A stretch of 64,000 nt of DNA, taken from positions 248,001-312,000 of IMG/VR virus record IMGVR_UViG_3300036766_002289. One strand, given 5' to 3'. This document shows, one piece after another, positions 47,766-58,848 of this stretch. Position 1 is the stretch's first letter. The number at the start of each line of letters is the position of its first letter. A program made the translations under genes and the position numbers. Below the pieces are notes generated by a model. That model worked only from the letters and a program-made list of their open reading frames with translations, was not told the origin of the DNA and ran no database searches.

Positions 47766-48755
47766 ATGGTTGCAGCTTTGGAATTGCGTGAAGATGGTAC
47801 TGCCTCAATGGCCTACACTGGTGAAACGCCTTGGCATCGTTTGGGTTCGGCGGTTGATGAGAACATGGCATATGATGCTGAGGGTTTCATCAAGGCGGCT
47901 GGATTGGATTGGGAAGCGGAAAAGGTTCGGTTGCAGACGATGGACACGTTGGAGCCAGTGGACGCATACATGGTGCGTCGGTTGAGTGACAAGAAGAAGC
48001 TGGCGGATTCGGTTGGCCCACGGTATACCATTTTGCAGAACCGTGATGCCTTCAAGTGGTTCCAACCGTGGTTGGATACTAAGGAAGCGGCTTTGCATAC
48101 TGCTGGTGCGTTGTTTGAGGGGAGTCGCATTTGGATTCTGGCCAAGTTGAACCGTGATCCGATGGAGATTGCGGCGGGTGACATTGTGGAGAAGTACGTT
48201 CTCCTAAGTCATTCCCACGATGGGACTTTGGCAATTCGTTGTGGATTTACGCCGATTCGGGTTGTTTGTTGGAACACGTTGAGCATGGCGCACCATGACA
48301 CGGCGAGCAAGTTGATTCGGGTGAAGCATAGCAAGAACGTTATCACGAATATCGAAAACATTCGTGACACGATGAACATGGTGAATGCGGAATTTGAAGC
48401 GACTGCGGAGCAGTATCGGTTGCTTGCTTCTAAGTCCATCAATCAGAAGGACTTGCAGAAGTACATTAAGATGGTATTCGAGCTTGATGGGGTGGACGAT
48501 AAGGATGTGTCCACGCGGAGCAAGAATATCATGGATGAGGTGATCGGTCTTTGTGAAAGTGGCAAGGGGAATAACTTGCCGAGTGTTAAGGGCACGCTAT
48601 GGTCAAGTTACAACGGAGTATCGGAATATCTCAGCTACGTTTCGGGGCGAAATGAATCCAATCGTATGGATTCGCTCTGGTTCGGCAAGGCCAACGGCAC
48701 CAATAAGCGGGCACTGCAAGTCGCTGTGGATATGGCCAATGGAGTGGCTGTATAA
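47766..48755 (+). CDS. DUF932 / LGT_TIGR03299 family phage-plasmid protein
   Basis: MAYTGETPWHRLG...Y.ILQN..AF...TAGAL..G...SHDG...TPIRVVCWNTL...GTLWSSYN. Confidence 0.9.
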   Translation: MVAALELREDGTASMAYTGETPWHRLGSAVDENMAYDAEGFIKAAGLDWEAEKVRLQTMDTLEPVDAYMVRRLSDKKKLADSVGPRYTILQNRDAFKWFQPWLDTKEAALHTAGALFEGSRIWILAKLNRDPMEIAAGDIVEKYVLLSHSHDGTLAIRCGFTPIRVVCWNTLSMAHHDTASKLIRVKHSKNVITNIENIRDTMNMVNAEFEATAEQYRLLASKSINQKDLQKYIKMVFELDGVDDKDVSTRSKNIMDEVIGLCESGKGNNLPSVKGTLWSSYNGVSEYLSYVSGRNESNRMDSLWFGKANGTNKRALQVAVDMANGVAV

Positions 48756-48818
48756 ATAATTTCCAAATATATAACATAATGGGTTGATTTATTTAGCCCA
48801 TTATGTTATATATAGTTT

Positions 48819-49529
48819 ATGGAACATTATTACGTTGAAAGCAAGAAGTGCCCACGTTGCGGCGAAACAAAAGGTAGAGATGAATTTCATAAAGATTCAT
48901 CCAGAAAAGATGGCTTACAAGCCATTTGCGCTGAATGTTCAAGAAAGAAACGACGGGAACAGAGTCGGAAAAACGCTGCACAAATAGAATACCCTTACAT
49001 TGAGTTTAGGGTATGTTCCACTTGTCAAGAAAAAAAGCATCGGTCGGAGTTCGGTAAAGACCGTTACGACAAATATGGTATACGTTGCATTTGCCTTAGT
49101 TGTACAAGAATAAGGAACAGGAAAAACTATGTAAAATATGATCGCCCTGGAGAAGAAGACTCTAGGTCACGCCTATACAAGGCGACTGTCAACGGTAGGC
49201 TTGTGAGCTTGTTAGGTAACGCTAAACGGCGGGCAAAGCTAAAGGGTTTAGATTATGATTTAGACCTACAATGGCTTCTAAATCTGTATCAGATACAAAA
49301 CGGTTCTTGTGTATTGACGGGGTTGCCGTTTTCTTTTGAATTTAATAAGGAATTCAAAAGACAGTTTATGCCGTTTTCGCCTTCACTGGACCGTATTGAC
49401 TCAAGTAAAGGTTACACAAAAGAAAACACGCGATTAGTATGCACGGCAATAAACATTGCTATGAACCATTACGGGGAGAAGACATTTGCGGAAGTGGCGA
49501 CGGCATATTTACAGCGGGTTAAACGGTGA
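48819..49529 (+). CDS. HNH-like homing endonuclease
   Basis: CxxC repeats; CVLTG...SLDRIDSSKGYTKEN..LVC..IN. Confidence 0.8.
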   Translation: MEHYYVESKKCPRCGETKGRDEFHKDSSRKDGLQAICAECSRKKRREQSRKNAAQIEYPYIEFRVCSTCQEKKHRSEFGKDRYDKYGIRCICLSCTRIRNRKNYVKYDRPGEEDSRSRLYKATVNGRLVSLLGNAKRRAKLKGLDYDLDLQWLLNLYQIQNGSCVLTGLPFSFEFNKEFKRQFMPFSPSLDRIDSSKGYTKENTRLVCTAINIAMNHYGEKTFAEVATAYLQRVKR

Positions 49530-50655
49530 TGGAATCTTTTCCCTATCCCCTTTTTTTGTACCTTATAACTTATATGTTAGTTGTACATTGAATTGTGATA
49601 AAGGAAAAGATTTCAAGGGGACAAAATGAAATACAAACTACGATTTCGTGGGACTGACCACATCCTTAATTGGATGGGTCATGAAGTAGCTTTCTCTGAG
49701 TCGGTGGCGGACATGCTGATATGGGATTCGGGTGGGGAGTTGGAGATTGTGTGGCCGCACGATTATCAGATTTAGCTTAGTTGTACCAAATCAAGGTAGA
49801 ATTCCTTACAAAGGAGATGTGATGCAGCTTCCTTCATTCAGCAATTACGGTGGTTATGCGTCGGATAACTATGGGGCGCATACACTTAGGTTCAATCTGG
49901 GGGCGATTTCGGTTTGGTATAGTTATCAGACTGTGGTTGCGTTCAGGGCGGGCCAGAGTGGGGAGTTGCGGGTATTGGACTATAAGGATTCGCAGACTAC
50001 CCGCAAGCATTTGAACAAGATTGATGGCGGTGCGGTGGCATGTCGTCTGAGTAAGGATGAGTTTCAGACGTTGTGGGACAAGGAAGTGAAACCTTACCTT
50101 AAAGCTTAGTTGTACCAAAATTCCCATGAATACATTAGCATGGTGTTTGTTGTTTTTGAATCCGCCCGACCGAACAACTGAGTTTGTCGGTTTAATTACT
50201 GACAAGAATGGGCAACAGGTCCACATTGAACTTGAAGTGAATCAGGTTGCGGTGGGCTATGACATTGTGCAGAATATCATAGTCAAGGTGGACAGGGAAG
50301 ACACTAGCGATTTTCGGGTGCAGTGGGGCCAATATGAATTGTGTACTGACTGCTTCATGGAATACGATGGTTCAGGTTTTGGTTGGGAGCGGCAAGATGA
50401 GTGGGTTGAACTAATCCATGACGGCGAAGTAATTTTCAGAATGTATGTAGCTCACTGGAGATAAAATGATTACTGAGAAGGACATTGCGGATCAGTGCGA
50501 GTTAATTCAGGATGATTTGGCTTGCATTCTGGATGGGGTAGATAATGAAACTTTGAACGCGGTTTGTCAGGTGATCGTGGACAGGCTGGCAATTTTGAAG
50601 GGCAAGATAGCTTAGTTGTACCAATCCCATTGTGATTTAACATAAAGGGGAAAAC

Positions 50656-51390
50656 ATGGCAAAGAAGAGTGACCGTCCGACGTTTGGGGTGCCCGATGAC
50701 ATTCTGCCGTCGTTCAAGCGGTATGTGGTGGCTAAGCAGATTTTCGAGATTGCACAATCCCGAATGGAAGCGGAGAATGGGGCAATCAAGGCCAAGATGA
50801 TTGATAGTTTCACGGATAGTCTGGTGCGTATCAAGCGCCGTCCTGCTAATCCACGTTTGACGTTGGCGGATGCTGGCAAGCCCGACATTGAGGGCCTGTT
50901 TCAGGTGCAGGAAAAGTTTTCTCCGCAAGCTGTGGAGGGTGATGGGCCAGTAGCCGAGCGGTTGAAGACTGCCTTTGTTTCCGCTGGTGTTTCGGCGGAT
51001 ACGGCGGATAAGATCGTGGCGAATGAGGTGGTTTGTGAAGACAAGACTACCTTAAAGCCTTTCAGTGAAATGATTAACGGTGCGCCTATTGAGCAAGAGT
51101 TGGCGGGCCGTTTGATGAAGCTTTTGCTTGATAGCTTCACGGATGATGAGCGGAAGTTGATGATTCAACCCGCGTCGAAGATTGAAGTTAAGGAAGGATT
51201 CTTTGAGCGGTTGGGCATTTACGTGAAGGATAAGGCCGAGGCGATTGGGGCAATTCGTGTGATGAAGCCTGTTCACTTCATGTCGCATATGAAGTTAGGG
51301 CTGAGTGATACACCGCAAGGGCGGTTGAATCGGCTCTATGAGTATAGTAAGGAAATGATTACTGGAGAGGTGCCCCCTTCCAAGGGCTAG
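50656..51390 (+). CDS. hypothetical protein (244 aa)
   Basis: AAGGGG RBS after a motif copy; strong terminator follows. Confidence 0.8.
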   Translation: MAKKSDRPTFGVPDDILPSFKRYVVAKQIFEIAQSRMEAENGAIKAKMIDSFTDSLVRIKRRPANPRLTLADAGKPDIEGLFQVQEKFSPQAVEGDGPVAERLKTAFVSAGVSADTADKIVANEVVCEDKTTLKPFSEMINGAPIEQELAGRLMKLLLDSFTDDERKLMIQPASKIEVKEGFFERLGIYVKDKAEAIGAIRVMKPVHFMSHMKLGLSDTPQGRLNRLYEYSKEMITGEVPPSKG

Positions 51391-51408
51391 GGCCAATCGG
51401 TCTTAGTC

Positions 51409-51440
51409 AACCCTAGTGCTTTCTGCACTAGGGTTTTTTT
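51409..51440 (+). terminator. intrinsic terminator
   Basis: AACCCTAGTGC/GCACTAGGGTT followed by a T-tract. Confidence 0.85.
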
Positions 51441-52359
51441 ATTGTTATAAATTTATAGCTTAGTTGTACTAAAAACCATATGAAACACATTACTGAAGAT
51501 TGTGAAGTTACTGTGGTTGATGGCGAAATTAGTGTGGATTATCGCCATGAGCGGGAAGTGACCATTACTGATAGTAATGGGATTCAACGGTTGCCCGCGT
51601 CGAGTGTTATTCCAGGGCTATCCCGCAATTGGTGGACTGCCAATTGGTCAGGGAGCCAGTGGAACTTGGACCTTGACTGTGGTTGTCAGAGGTTCAATGG
51701 TGTTACAACGACACGTCGCATCAATGAAGCGTTAAAGGTGGCGGGTTTGGACGCTGCTAAGGTTAAGGCAGTGGTGAGTGCAGCTAAGAAAAGGACGCAT
51801 TTTTCGGTAGGTAGGAAAGCTTAGTTGTACCAAATTGAACATGCCGCATTCGACTTCTGGCGAGGTCAGTGGTCCTTCACACCACTTAGACGGGATCGAA
51901 ACCCGTATGCGGTACTAAGGAGTAAACCTATGCCAGTTGAAGCTGTTGAAGGGGTTGATGGGAATTGGACCCTATATGAAAAGGGTGGCTTGCGAGCAAC
52001 GGCACGGGAATTCAAATCGAAGGAATTGGCCTTAGCTTGGGCTGTGAAAAAGGGCTGGAAGATAACTTAGTTGTACCAATTGAAAGGAATGAAGATGCTT
52101 TTCAAAAAGGTTACTGAGGGTTACGTTGAACAGACGTTCAATGATGCTGGGGAGTGTATTGCCCAGCGATTTGTGGCGGGTGAAGTGGAGTACGAGACGG
52201 AAGACGGTGATCCTATCAACGTGATGGATATGCCATTTGGCGGGAGGGAATACTTCCCCTTCGATATGAAGCAGCCTTCCGATGAGTGTTATAAGGAAGG
52301 CTAACTTAGCTTAGTTGTACCAAATCAATTGTGATTTCCTTTACTCAGGAGAATGGACA

Positions 52360-52860
52360 ATGCGGAATTCTTCTTCGTTCGCTGATTCGCTGGTTGAACT
52401 CATTGGCGGGCAGGTTCAGGAGGCCATCAACGATATGGACCTCAGTGACCAGATTGAGAAGGCAATCAGCAATTCCAACGAAATCGAGAAGCAGGTCGAG
52501 AAGCAGGTCGAGAGTGCGATGGATGACCTCGACATTGACGACAAGGTGAAAGATTCGGTGGCGGATTACGACATGAGCGAAGCCATCGAAAGCGTAATCA
52601 AGGACAATTACGATTTCCCCGAAATCTGCAAGGAAGCAATGGATGAGTTGCTGGGACAGCGTGTCAAGGATGAGTTGGAAGAAATCTACAAGTCAGCGGG
52701 TTTCATCGACGTGGTTGATGCGATTGTGCAGCATCGCCTTCATTGGATTGCCGCTGCAAAGCGTGCCAAGTTGGTGGATTATGTCAAGTTTGGCCCGCTG
52801 GTGCGATTTGTGAAGGGCAAGTATGCTGCTCTGGTGCAGTGGGTTGTCAAGAGTCGCTAA
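52360..52860 (+). CDS. acidic helical-repeat hypothetical protein
   Basis: AGGAG RBS; D/E-rich quasi-repeats. Confidence 0.7.
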   Translation: MRNSSSFADSLVELIGGQVQEAINDMDLSDQIEKAISNSNEIEKQVEKQVESAMDDLDIDDKVKDSVADYDMSEAIESVIKDNYDFPEICKEAMDELLGQRVKDELEEIYKSAGFIDVVDAIVQHRLHWIAAAKRAKLVDYVKFGPLVRFVKGKYAALVQWVVKSR

Positions 52861-53153
52861 TTCTTATAAGGGGAATCGCCCATCCCCTTATAACCTGGAT
52901 AGCTTAGTTGTACCAAACATGGAGATGAACATGGAAAGCAAGACACTTTCGCTGGAAGAAGTGGTTGAACGAATTGCTGAGTCACTTCGCCATTCAGAAG
53001 GCGACTTAGTTGCGGAAGTTTACAACGAGGTGATTGGAGGGAATCTGACCTATATGGGTGATTCCTACTTTAATGGGGATGGATAGCTTAGTTGTACCAA
53101 AGTGTGAGTAAGAAACAAGTTTTTCTCTTCTCTTTTTTGAAAGGGTTTTCGCA

Positions 53154-53465
53154 ATGGTCAAGAACGAACAGGTTCACGTCTGCGGTTCCGAGACTTCCAA
53201 GGGCTTCAAGGTGCTGCCGCTTCAGGTTCGGCATCGCAAGGTCAAGGAAGTCAAGGTTGTGAAGGCAAAGGGCAAGGTGGGTCGGCCCCGTGTCTACAAC
53301 GGCACCCATCGTCGCATCGTCGCGGCGGCTCTGAAGAATCACGGCCTTACCAAGGGTCTGGAGTTCCTCGCCAAGGAACGCAAGCTCAAGGTGTCCATGA
53401 CTCTGGCGCTCGCCGTCGCCAAGGAAAACGGGATTGAGTTCAAGCGTGGTCGGCCCGCCGCGTAA
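53154..53465 (+). CDS. highly basic putative nucleic-acid-binding protein ending -PAA
   Basis: K/R-rich; GRPR and RGRP AT-hook-like motifs; GC-rich codon bias. Confidence 0.65.
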   Translation: MVKNEQVHVCGSETSKGFKVLPLQVRHRKVKEVKVVKAKGKVGRPRVYNGTHRRIVAAALKNHGLTKGLEFLAKERKLKVSMTLALAVAKENGIEFKRGRPAA

Positions 53466-53633
53466 AGGAATGGGGGAATCGCCCATCCCCCTTCCCTGGA
53501 GTTAGACTCGGCCCTTCTTGGCTTGTGCCATTAAACGGGAGGCCCGTGGTGGGGCGGAAAAATTTACGGTAGTCTAACTTAGCTTAGTTGTACCAATTAG
53601 ATTGTGATTTCTTTTCTTTATGGAGGGCCAAAC

Positions 53634-53876
53634 ATGGCTCAGTCCGAATTGACCGAGGGTTTCGAGGTGTTTGAACTGCCGACGTATCAGACTTCGGCCA
53701 AAGAGTTTGCGGAGAAGGAAGGCGTTGACTACGCTGTGGCGCAGGGCTTCATCAAGCTGCTTGTGAAGCGTGGCGTGGCCGTTCAGCTTGCTTCCCGCAA
53801 GATTGAAGGGCAGAAGGGCAAGCCGACGAACATTTACGAGTTGCCCACCAATGTCTCTCTGAAGTTGGCTGCGTAG
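53634..53876 (+). CDS. putative winged-helix DNA-binding protein ending -LAA
   Basis: GGAGG RBS; ...L.KRG...GKPTNIY wing-like motif. Confidence 0.55.
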   Translation: MAQSELTEGFEVFELPTYQTSAKEFAEKEGVDYAVAQGFIKLLVKRGVAVQLASRKIEGQKGKPTNIYELPTNVSLKLAA

Positions 53877-53966
53877 TCGGGCATGGTGGTCTGGTGGCAG
53901 GGAGCCATCAGCGTAAGGTAGGCATACACTCCTACGCCACCTTAGCCTAGTTGTACCAGTCACTTT

Positions 53967-54006
53967 GGCTGAGTGGTGGAATGGCAGACACAAACCTTAG
54001 AAAATT
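53967..54006 (+). pseudogene. 5' half of a tRNA-Leu-like gene
   Basis: GGCTGAG-TG-GTG-GAATGGCAGA-CAC D arm nearly identical to that of the downstream tRNA-Leu; no 3' half; starts at motif+10. Confidence 0.65.
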
Positions 54007-54030
54007 TCATATCCTTTACTCTAATAGGAT

Positions 54031-54465
54031 ATGAAAACTTGCCCTATATGTTCTAAGGTGTTTAACTGGACTAAGAATGACGTATGTTCTTCTTGTCGTG
54101 TAGCTTGGTTACGGTATAAACAGCGCTCTAAAGCATACGAAATTCTTGGTAACGAGTGTGTTAAGTGCGGGAACAATGACCAAGACGTATTAACGTGCCA
54201 TCATCGCAAACCAAAAGAAAAATCGTTCATGCTTTGCTCTGCATGGGGTAGTATCGCATGGGAATTGATTGTAGACGAACTGAAAAAGTGCGAACTACTT
54301 TGTGCCAATTGCCATTTGAAATTCCATGCCAACGAGAATCAGAAAAGATTTAAGTTGGTTGAGAATTACTATCGGCCTCATGGTGGAATGGCATACACAG
54401 CAGACTTAAAATCTGCCGCCTATAACGGGCTTGTGGGTTCGAGTCCCACTGAGGCTATTCCTTAG
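54031..54465 (+). CDS. HNH endonuclease (ORF reads through tRNA-Leu)
   Basis: CVKCG...LTCHHRKP...ELKKCELLCANCH. Confidence 0.85.
   Translation: MKTCPICSKVFNWTKNDVCSSCRVAWLRYKQRSKAYEILGNECVKCGNNDQDVLTCHHRKPKEKSFMLCSAWGSIAWELIVDELKKCELLCANCHLKFHANENQKRFKLVENYYRPHGGMAYTADLKSAAYNGLVGSSPTEAIP
54374..54457 (+). tRNA. trnL: tRNA-Leu (anticodon TAA), CCA not encoded
   Basis: Acceptor GGCCTCA/TGAGGCT; D arm GTG/CAC; anticodon arm GCAGA-CTTAAAA-TCTGC; long variable arm; T arm GTGGG-TTCGAGT-CCCAC; discriminator A. Confidence 0.92.
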
Positions 54466-54510
54466 TTGTACCAAAAAGAGCATCAAACCTTTCGCCAGTA
54501 GGAGAGTAGA

Positions 54511-55143
54511 ATGCTTGTGACTGATTGCGAATCGAAACAGATGAAGCACGTTCTTGTACGCTGGTTTCGTCACCTTTTCGGGAAAACTTCTTGGAATGAG
54601 ATTTTTCCTAATCATGATGAGGGATGCGTCACAACGCAAAATAAAGGACGTGACAAATACCATCTCTATGAAAAATGGTTGAAGCGAGTTACGGCTTTTT
54701 TCGTTTCTTCTGATGCAACCTATGAACAAGCGGAGAGTTATTTCATCAAAAAACTACCATCTGAGTGGTGGTATGGTTGTCGGTCGGAATTGGTTGCTAT
54801 CTTGAGCGTGAGTCACAATGCCGCGAAGTGGGTAGCTGCAAATAAAGAGTTGGTTGCCAAGGAAGAGAAAACGTATTTTGATTGTCCCCATTGCGGCGGT
54901 TGTCACGGTTACAAGATTCCCGCAGACACCGATGAAGGCGAAATTACGGTGAAGTGTAAGCAAGAAAATGGCCAATTATTCAAGGTGCAATATGAAAATG
55001 CCAATGACCTTGGATTGACGCCAAACAAGGCAGATATGCCCACGATCATTAAAATCAAGAATTCAAATCGTGCTAGTCAGATTAAGACTGCCTTAGAGCA
55101 TTTGGGATTGGGATTGGGATTGGCACTAACGCCAGCGGCTTAA
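54511..55143 (+). CDS. hypothetical protein with zinc ribbon, ending -PAA
   Basis: AGGAG RBS; CPHC motif. Confidence 0.7.
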   Translation: MLVTDCESKQMKHVLVRWFRHLFGKTSWNEIFPNHDEGCVTTQNKGRDKYHLYEKWLKRVTAFFVSSDATYEQAESYFIKKLPSEWWYGCRSELVAILSVSHNAAKWVAANKELVAKEEKTYFDCPHCGGCHGYKIPADTDEGEITVKCKQENGQLFKVQYENANDLGLTPNKADMPTIIKIKNSNRASQIKTALEHLGLGLGLALTPAA

Positions 55144-55998
55144 CTTAGTTGTACCAAAGGGGGCAATGATGTACCGCGTAGTAACCAGAAACGCATTTGG
55201 TCATGAATTTTCTGTGATGAAAGAAGGAACAAGGGCCGAGTGCAAGCGGTTCATTCTTGGACGGTGGGGACATTGGCCCCCGTTTGCTGTCATTACGCAA
55301 CGGACTGAAAACTTTGAACGGTGTTTCTAACGGAGGAATCCCATGTTTGTGTTGAATGGTTTTTGTCGAAAAGAAGGCGATATGGAGCAGAATTTTAGTT
55401 CAGGCGAGACTGAACTGGCGCTTCATGTGGCCAAAATCTGGCAGAAGTTAGGCTGGCAACCGCGTCTCAAGCATTATGACGGCAGCGGTGTTCATTTCGT
55501 TAATTTCAATCCTCCGCTCCGTAAGGCAGCTTGATGCCAAGGGTTCGCCCACCCTGGTTTTACCTTAGTTGTACCAATCCCTTTAGGAGGCTGTTCATGA
55601 AGACTTGGAAATTTTATGGGTGGGGTGGGGGAAATGTCACTTGTCAAGGTGACACTGTTGTTGATGCACTAAAAGCAAGTGGTGGCTTATTTGAATTTGT
55701 GCGATATGAAGAAGTTGGCAAGGAGCCACAAACAACCGACGATGTTGATTTCTTGCTATATATTGCTGAGCGATTTTCTCGCCAGCTTAGTGGACAAGAC
55801 CAGCGTGAATTTGTGCGGATTTACGATAAATACGCGCCTAATTCAAAGCGAACTATTCTGAAAGAATTGAACAAAGTTGTTATTCACGCGGCATGGGATG
55901 CAAGGAACAACGCCGCCTAATCAGGGTTCTCGCCCACCCTGGTTTTACCTTAGTTGTACCAATTCAAGCAGATTACTCTTCTCTTTCTGGAGTTAGTC

Positions 55999-56508
55999 AT
56001 GCTGACTAAGGACTTCTTGACCGCTGGCAAGGCCATCTTCACCCTCGAAATCCCCCATGACTTCGCCAACAGGAACAACACCAAACCCCATTACACTTGG
56101 AAAGTGTCCAAACCCAAAAACCCTTCCTCATTTCTTTTTGTTTCTCTTCTCACTGGTCCCGATAACACCAACGACTATAAGTATTTGGGTCTTCTCTTCC
56201 CCCGTAATGGCATTGTAAATCTCACGGCCAAAAGCAATTTCGACGCTAAGTCATGGCCTGTCTTGCTCTTGCATCGTATTTGTGCCAACCTTTGGGGCAC
56301 GAACAAGATTGAGGCTAGTGGCTTCAAGCTGCACCATGAGGGTTATTGCTGCAAGTGTGGTCGGCTCTTGACGGTGCCAAGTTCCATTGAAAGTGGAATT
56401 GGTCCAGAATGCGGCAAGAAGGCTGTTTTCTATGGTGCCCCTGTTGTGACGGCAATGGATATTGCCAGCAATGGTGGTATCTATGAAGATGTATATGGGG
56501 GCGATTAG
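55999..56508 (+). CDS. DUF6011 domain protein
   Basis: HEGYCCKCGRLLTVPSSIESGIGPEC. Confidence 0.8.
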   Translation: MLTKDFLTAGKAIFTLEIPHDFANRNNTKPHYTWKVSKPKNPSSFLFVSLLTGPDNTNDYKYLGLLFPRNGIVNLTAKSNFDAKSWPVLLLHRICANLWGTNKIEASGFKLHHEGYCCKCGRLLTVPSSIESGIGPECGKKAVFYGAPVVTAMDIASNGGIYEDVYGGD

Positions 56509-57101
56509 CCCTTATAATAACATACCTTAGTTGTACATTATAAGAAAAGGAGAAACATATGACCTGGCGTGACGTGCTGCGTGGTTTACAGAATATGGGC
56601 AATAGCAAGCTGGATAGTGAAGCATTGCTTTATCTTCCAGCCGCGTTCTACAAGGACAAGGGCGAAATCGTTGCCTTCTCAAGGTTTACGACGATTGACG
56701 GTGACGTAGCTGAGGAGCATGACTGTACTGAGGGTGATCCTATTCTTTTGCGGTATTAGGGATTGCCTAGTTGTACCGAATGTGCTATACTCAAAAGGGG
56801 ATTGTGATGAAAGCGTTTGTATATGAATTCAGGGATGGACAGGCAAAGTGTGGTACGGGCCGTGTTACGCCGAATTATAAGAATTTGGCTAACATGAAGC
56901 GCTATTTCATCCAGAATCTTCCTGCTGGTTGTTACCAAATTCTTGCTTTTTTTGATTGGGACAATCGGTATAAGGATGCTGACATAACCGAAGTGGTTAC
57001 TGTGTATGGTTATCCGCCCGAAGTGACACGGATTTCCGTTCATAAGGGCAAATTGCTTTTGGGCAACGGGTGGATGATACCTTAGTTGTACGGAGAATCA
57101 T

Positions 57102-57521
57102 ATGACTATTCTACTCTTGATGCAAGGTGCTTCTGGTTCGGGTAAGTCCACCAAGGCCGAGGAATTGGCTGTGGAGCTTGATGCCGTCATTTACTCCACC
57201 GACGATATTTTCGCTGAAAGTGGCACGTACATTTTCAATCCGAAGTTGTTGGGTGTGAACCACAAGAAGAACTTGGACCGCACCATTGAGGCATTGAAGG
57301 CGGGCAAGAACGTCATTGTGGACAATACCAATACTCAGCGGTGGGAATGCAAGGGCTACGTTGAAGCGGCTCTGGAGTTAGGGGTAGAGGTTCGCTTCCA
57401 TCGTTGTGTTGGCAATTACCAGAACATTCATGGCGTGCCGAGCTACAAGGTTCAGCAAATGCGTGACCGTCTTGAGGATTTGACGGTTGAAAGCGTCATG
57501 GCGAGCAAGAAGCCTTTTTAG
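57102..57521 (+). CDS. P-loop polynucleotide-kinase-like protein (AAA_33)
   Basis: GASGSGKST, STDD, VIVDNTN, HGVP; ATG at motif+10. Confidence 0.85.
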   Translation: MTILLLMQGASGSGKSTKAEELAVELDAVIYSTDDIFAESGTYIFNPKLLGVNHKKNLDRTIEALKAGKNVIVDNTNTQRWECKGYVEAALELGVEVRFHRCVGNYQNIHGVPSYKVQQMRDRLEDLTVESVMASKKPF

Positions 57522-58848
57522 CTTAGTTGTACCAATTAGGGTATGATTACCTCTAATAGGAGAACGGCGATGAAGATTATCTGGACGGATGCGACGGAGG
57601 CCCAATTGCTCAAAGACACGCCGAAGTTGCTGGAGATTCATGAAAGGGCTTTGAAGTCGGACCCCACATGGGCATTCTTCGGGGGCACAATCACTATCGG
57701 TGAGCATAGCTATCAGATAGCTTAGTTGTACCAATTAGGTTGTAATTCCTTTAACTGGAGAAAGCCATGAAGACTTGCGATTTGAAGTTGGGCGACATTG
57801 TTCACTACAAGGGCAACACTGGCTTCTACATGGACATGACTGTGGTGAGCATTTTCGATGATGAAGTCGTGGTGTGGCGTCCTTATATTTGGATGACACA
57901 AGATGGTCCAGAGTTGAAGACGGAAAAAATTGTCTTCAGCGTAGAATACTCCAAGATGGAGTGGGAAGTCAAGAGTCGCCGCGCCGATTTGAATGCCAAC
58001 CGCGATTGGTACAATTGCGGACATGAGGTACCGAAAAAGGCGGAAATCAGTTGGTGTGGCATAGCCTAGTTGTACCAAATTAGATAACTCTTACTGGAGT
58101 CCAAAATGGACACATTTGAATCAGATGAAGAAGTTGGGCACGAAGAAGAAGTCAAAGAGGCTACGCACAAGGGCGTAATTTTGGCTGAGGATGATTTTGA
58201 GCTTGACCAGCTTGTGGTGGTGCATAGTCTCAAGGGCACGCTTGATACGGCCCCAATTATGGGGCAACCGCTCAAGTTCAAGGCGATTTGTCTGCCCTTC
58301 ATTATTGCCACAATTGTCCTTGAAAATCGGCCAATCACGCTGGACGCACGGTATCTACACTTCATGAAAATCAGTGAAGAGTTTGTGCGGGCGCAAATGT
58401 CCTTGCCGAACCAGCAGCAACAGCAGAAGAAGGGACCGCAAGCATAGCTTAGTTGTACCAACCAAGACGTAACTTAACTCAGTGGAGAGTAGAGATGCGT
58501 TACTTTCTGAAGTTGTCAACGAAGGATGGCTGGTACGAAGAGGTGGACGAATACACCTACAAGAATGCGCCCTACGCTATGGACGAAGGGGGAAATGATC
58601 CCCGTTATTGTGTGGGTGGTATCACCACTGATGGCGTCACAGTGGACGCTGATTTGCGTGGGGTTCCGCTCCGTGACATAGCTATTTTCGCAAGGGCATT
58701 GCAAGCCTTGGAACCAGCAAAGGTTGATGGCGGCTTCATTCGTCCAATGCCCGCGATCATCTTCAAAAAGGGCCGTTCAAACTTCATGCGAACAGCAGAT
58801 GGCAAGGTGTGGAAATCGGTGGCTTAGCCTAGTTGTACCAAAACATTT

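Noticed and set aside
53967-54457. Group I intron in tRNA-Leu carrying the HNH
   Set aside because: The downstream tRNA is complete rather than a 3' exon, it does not pair with the upstream acceptor strand, and there is no room for an intron core.
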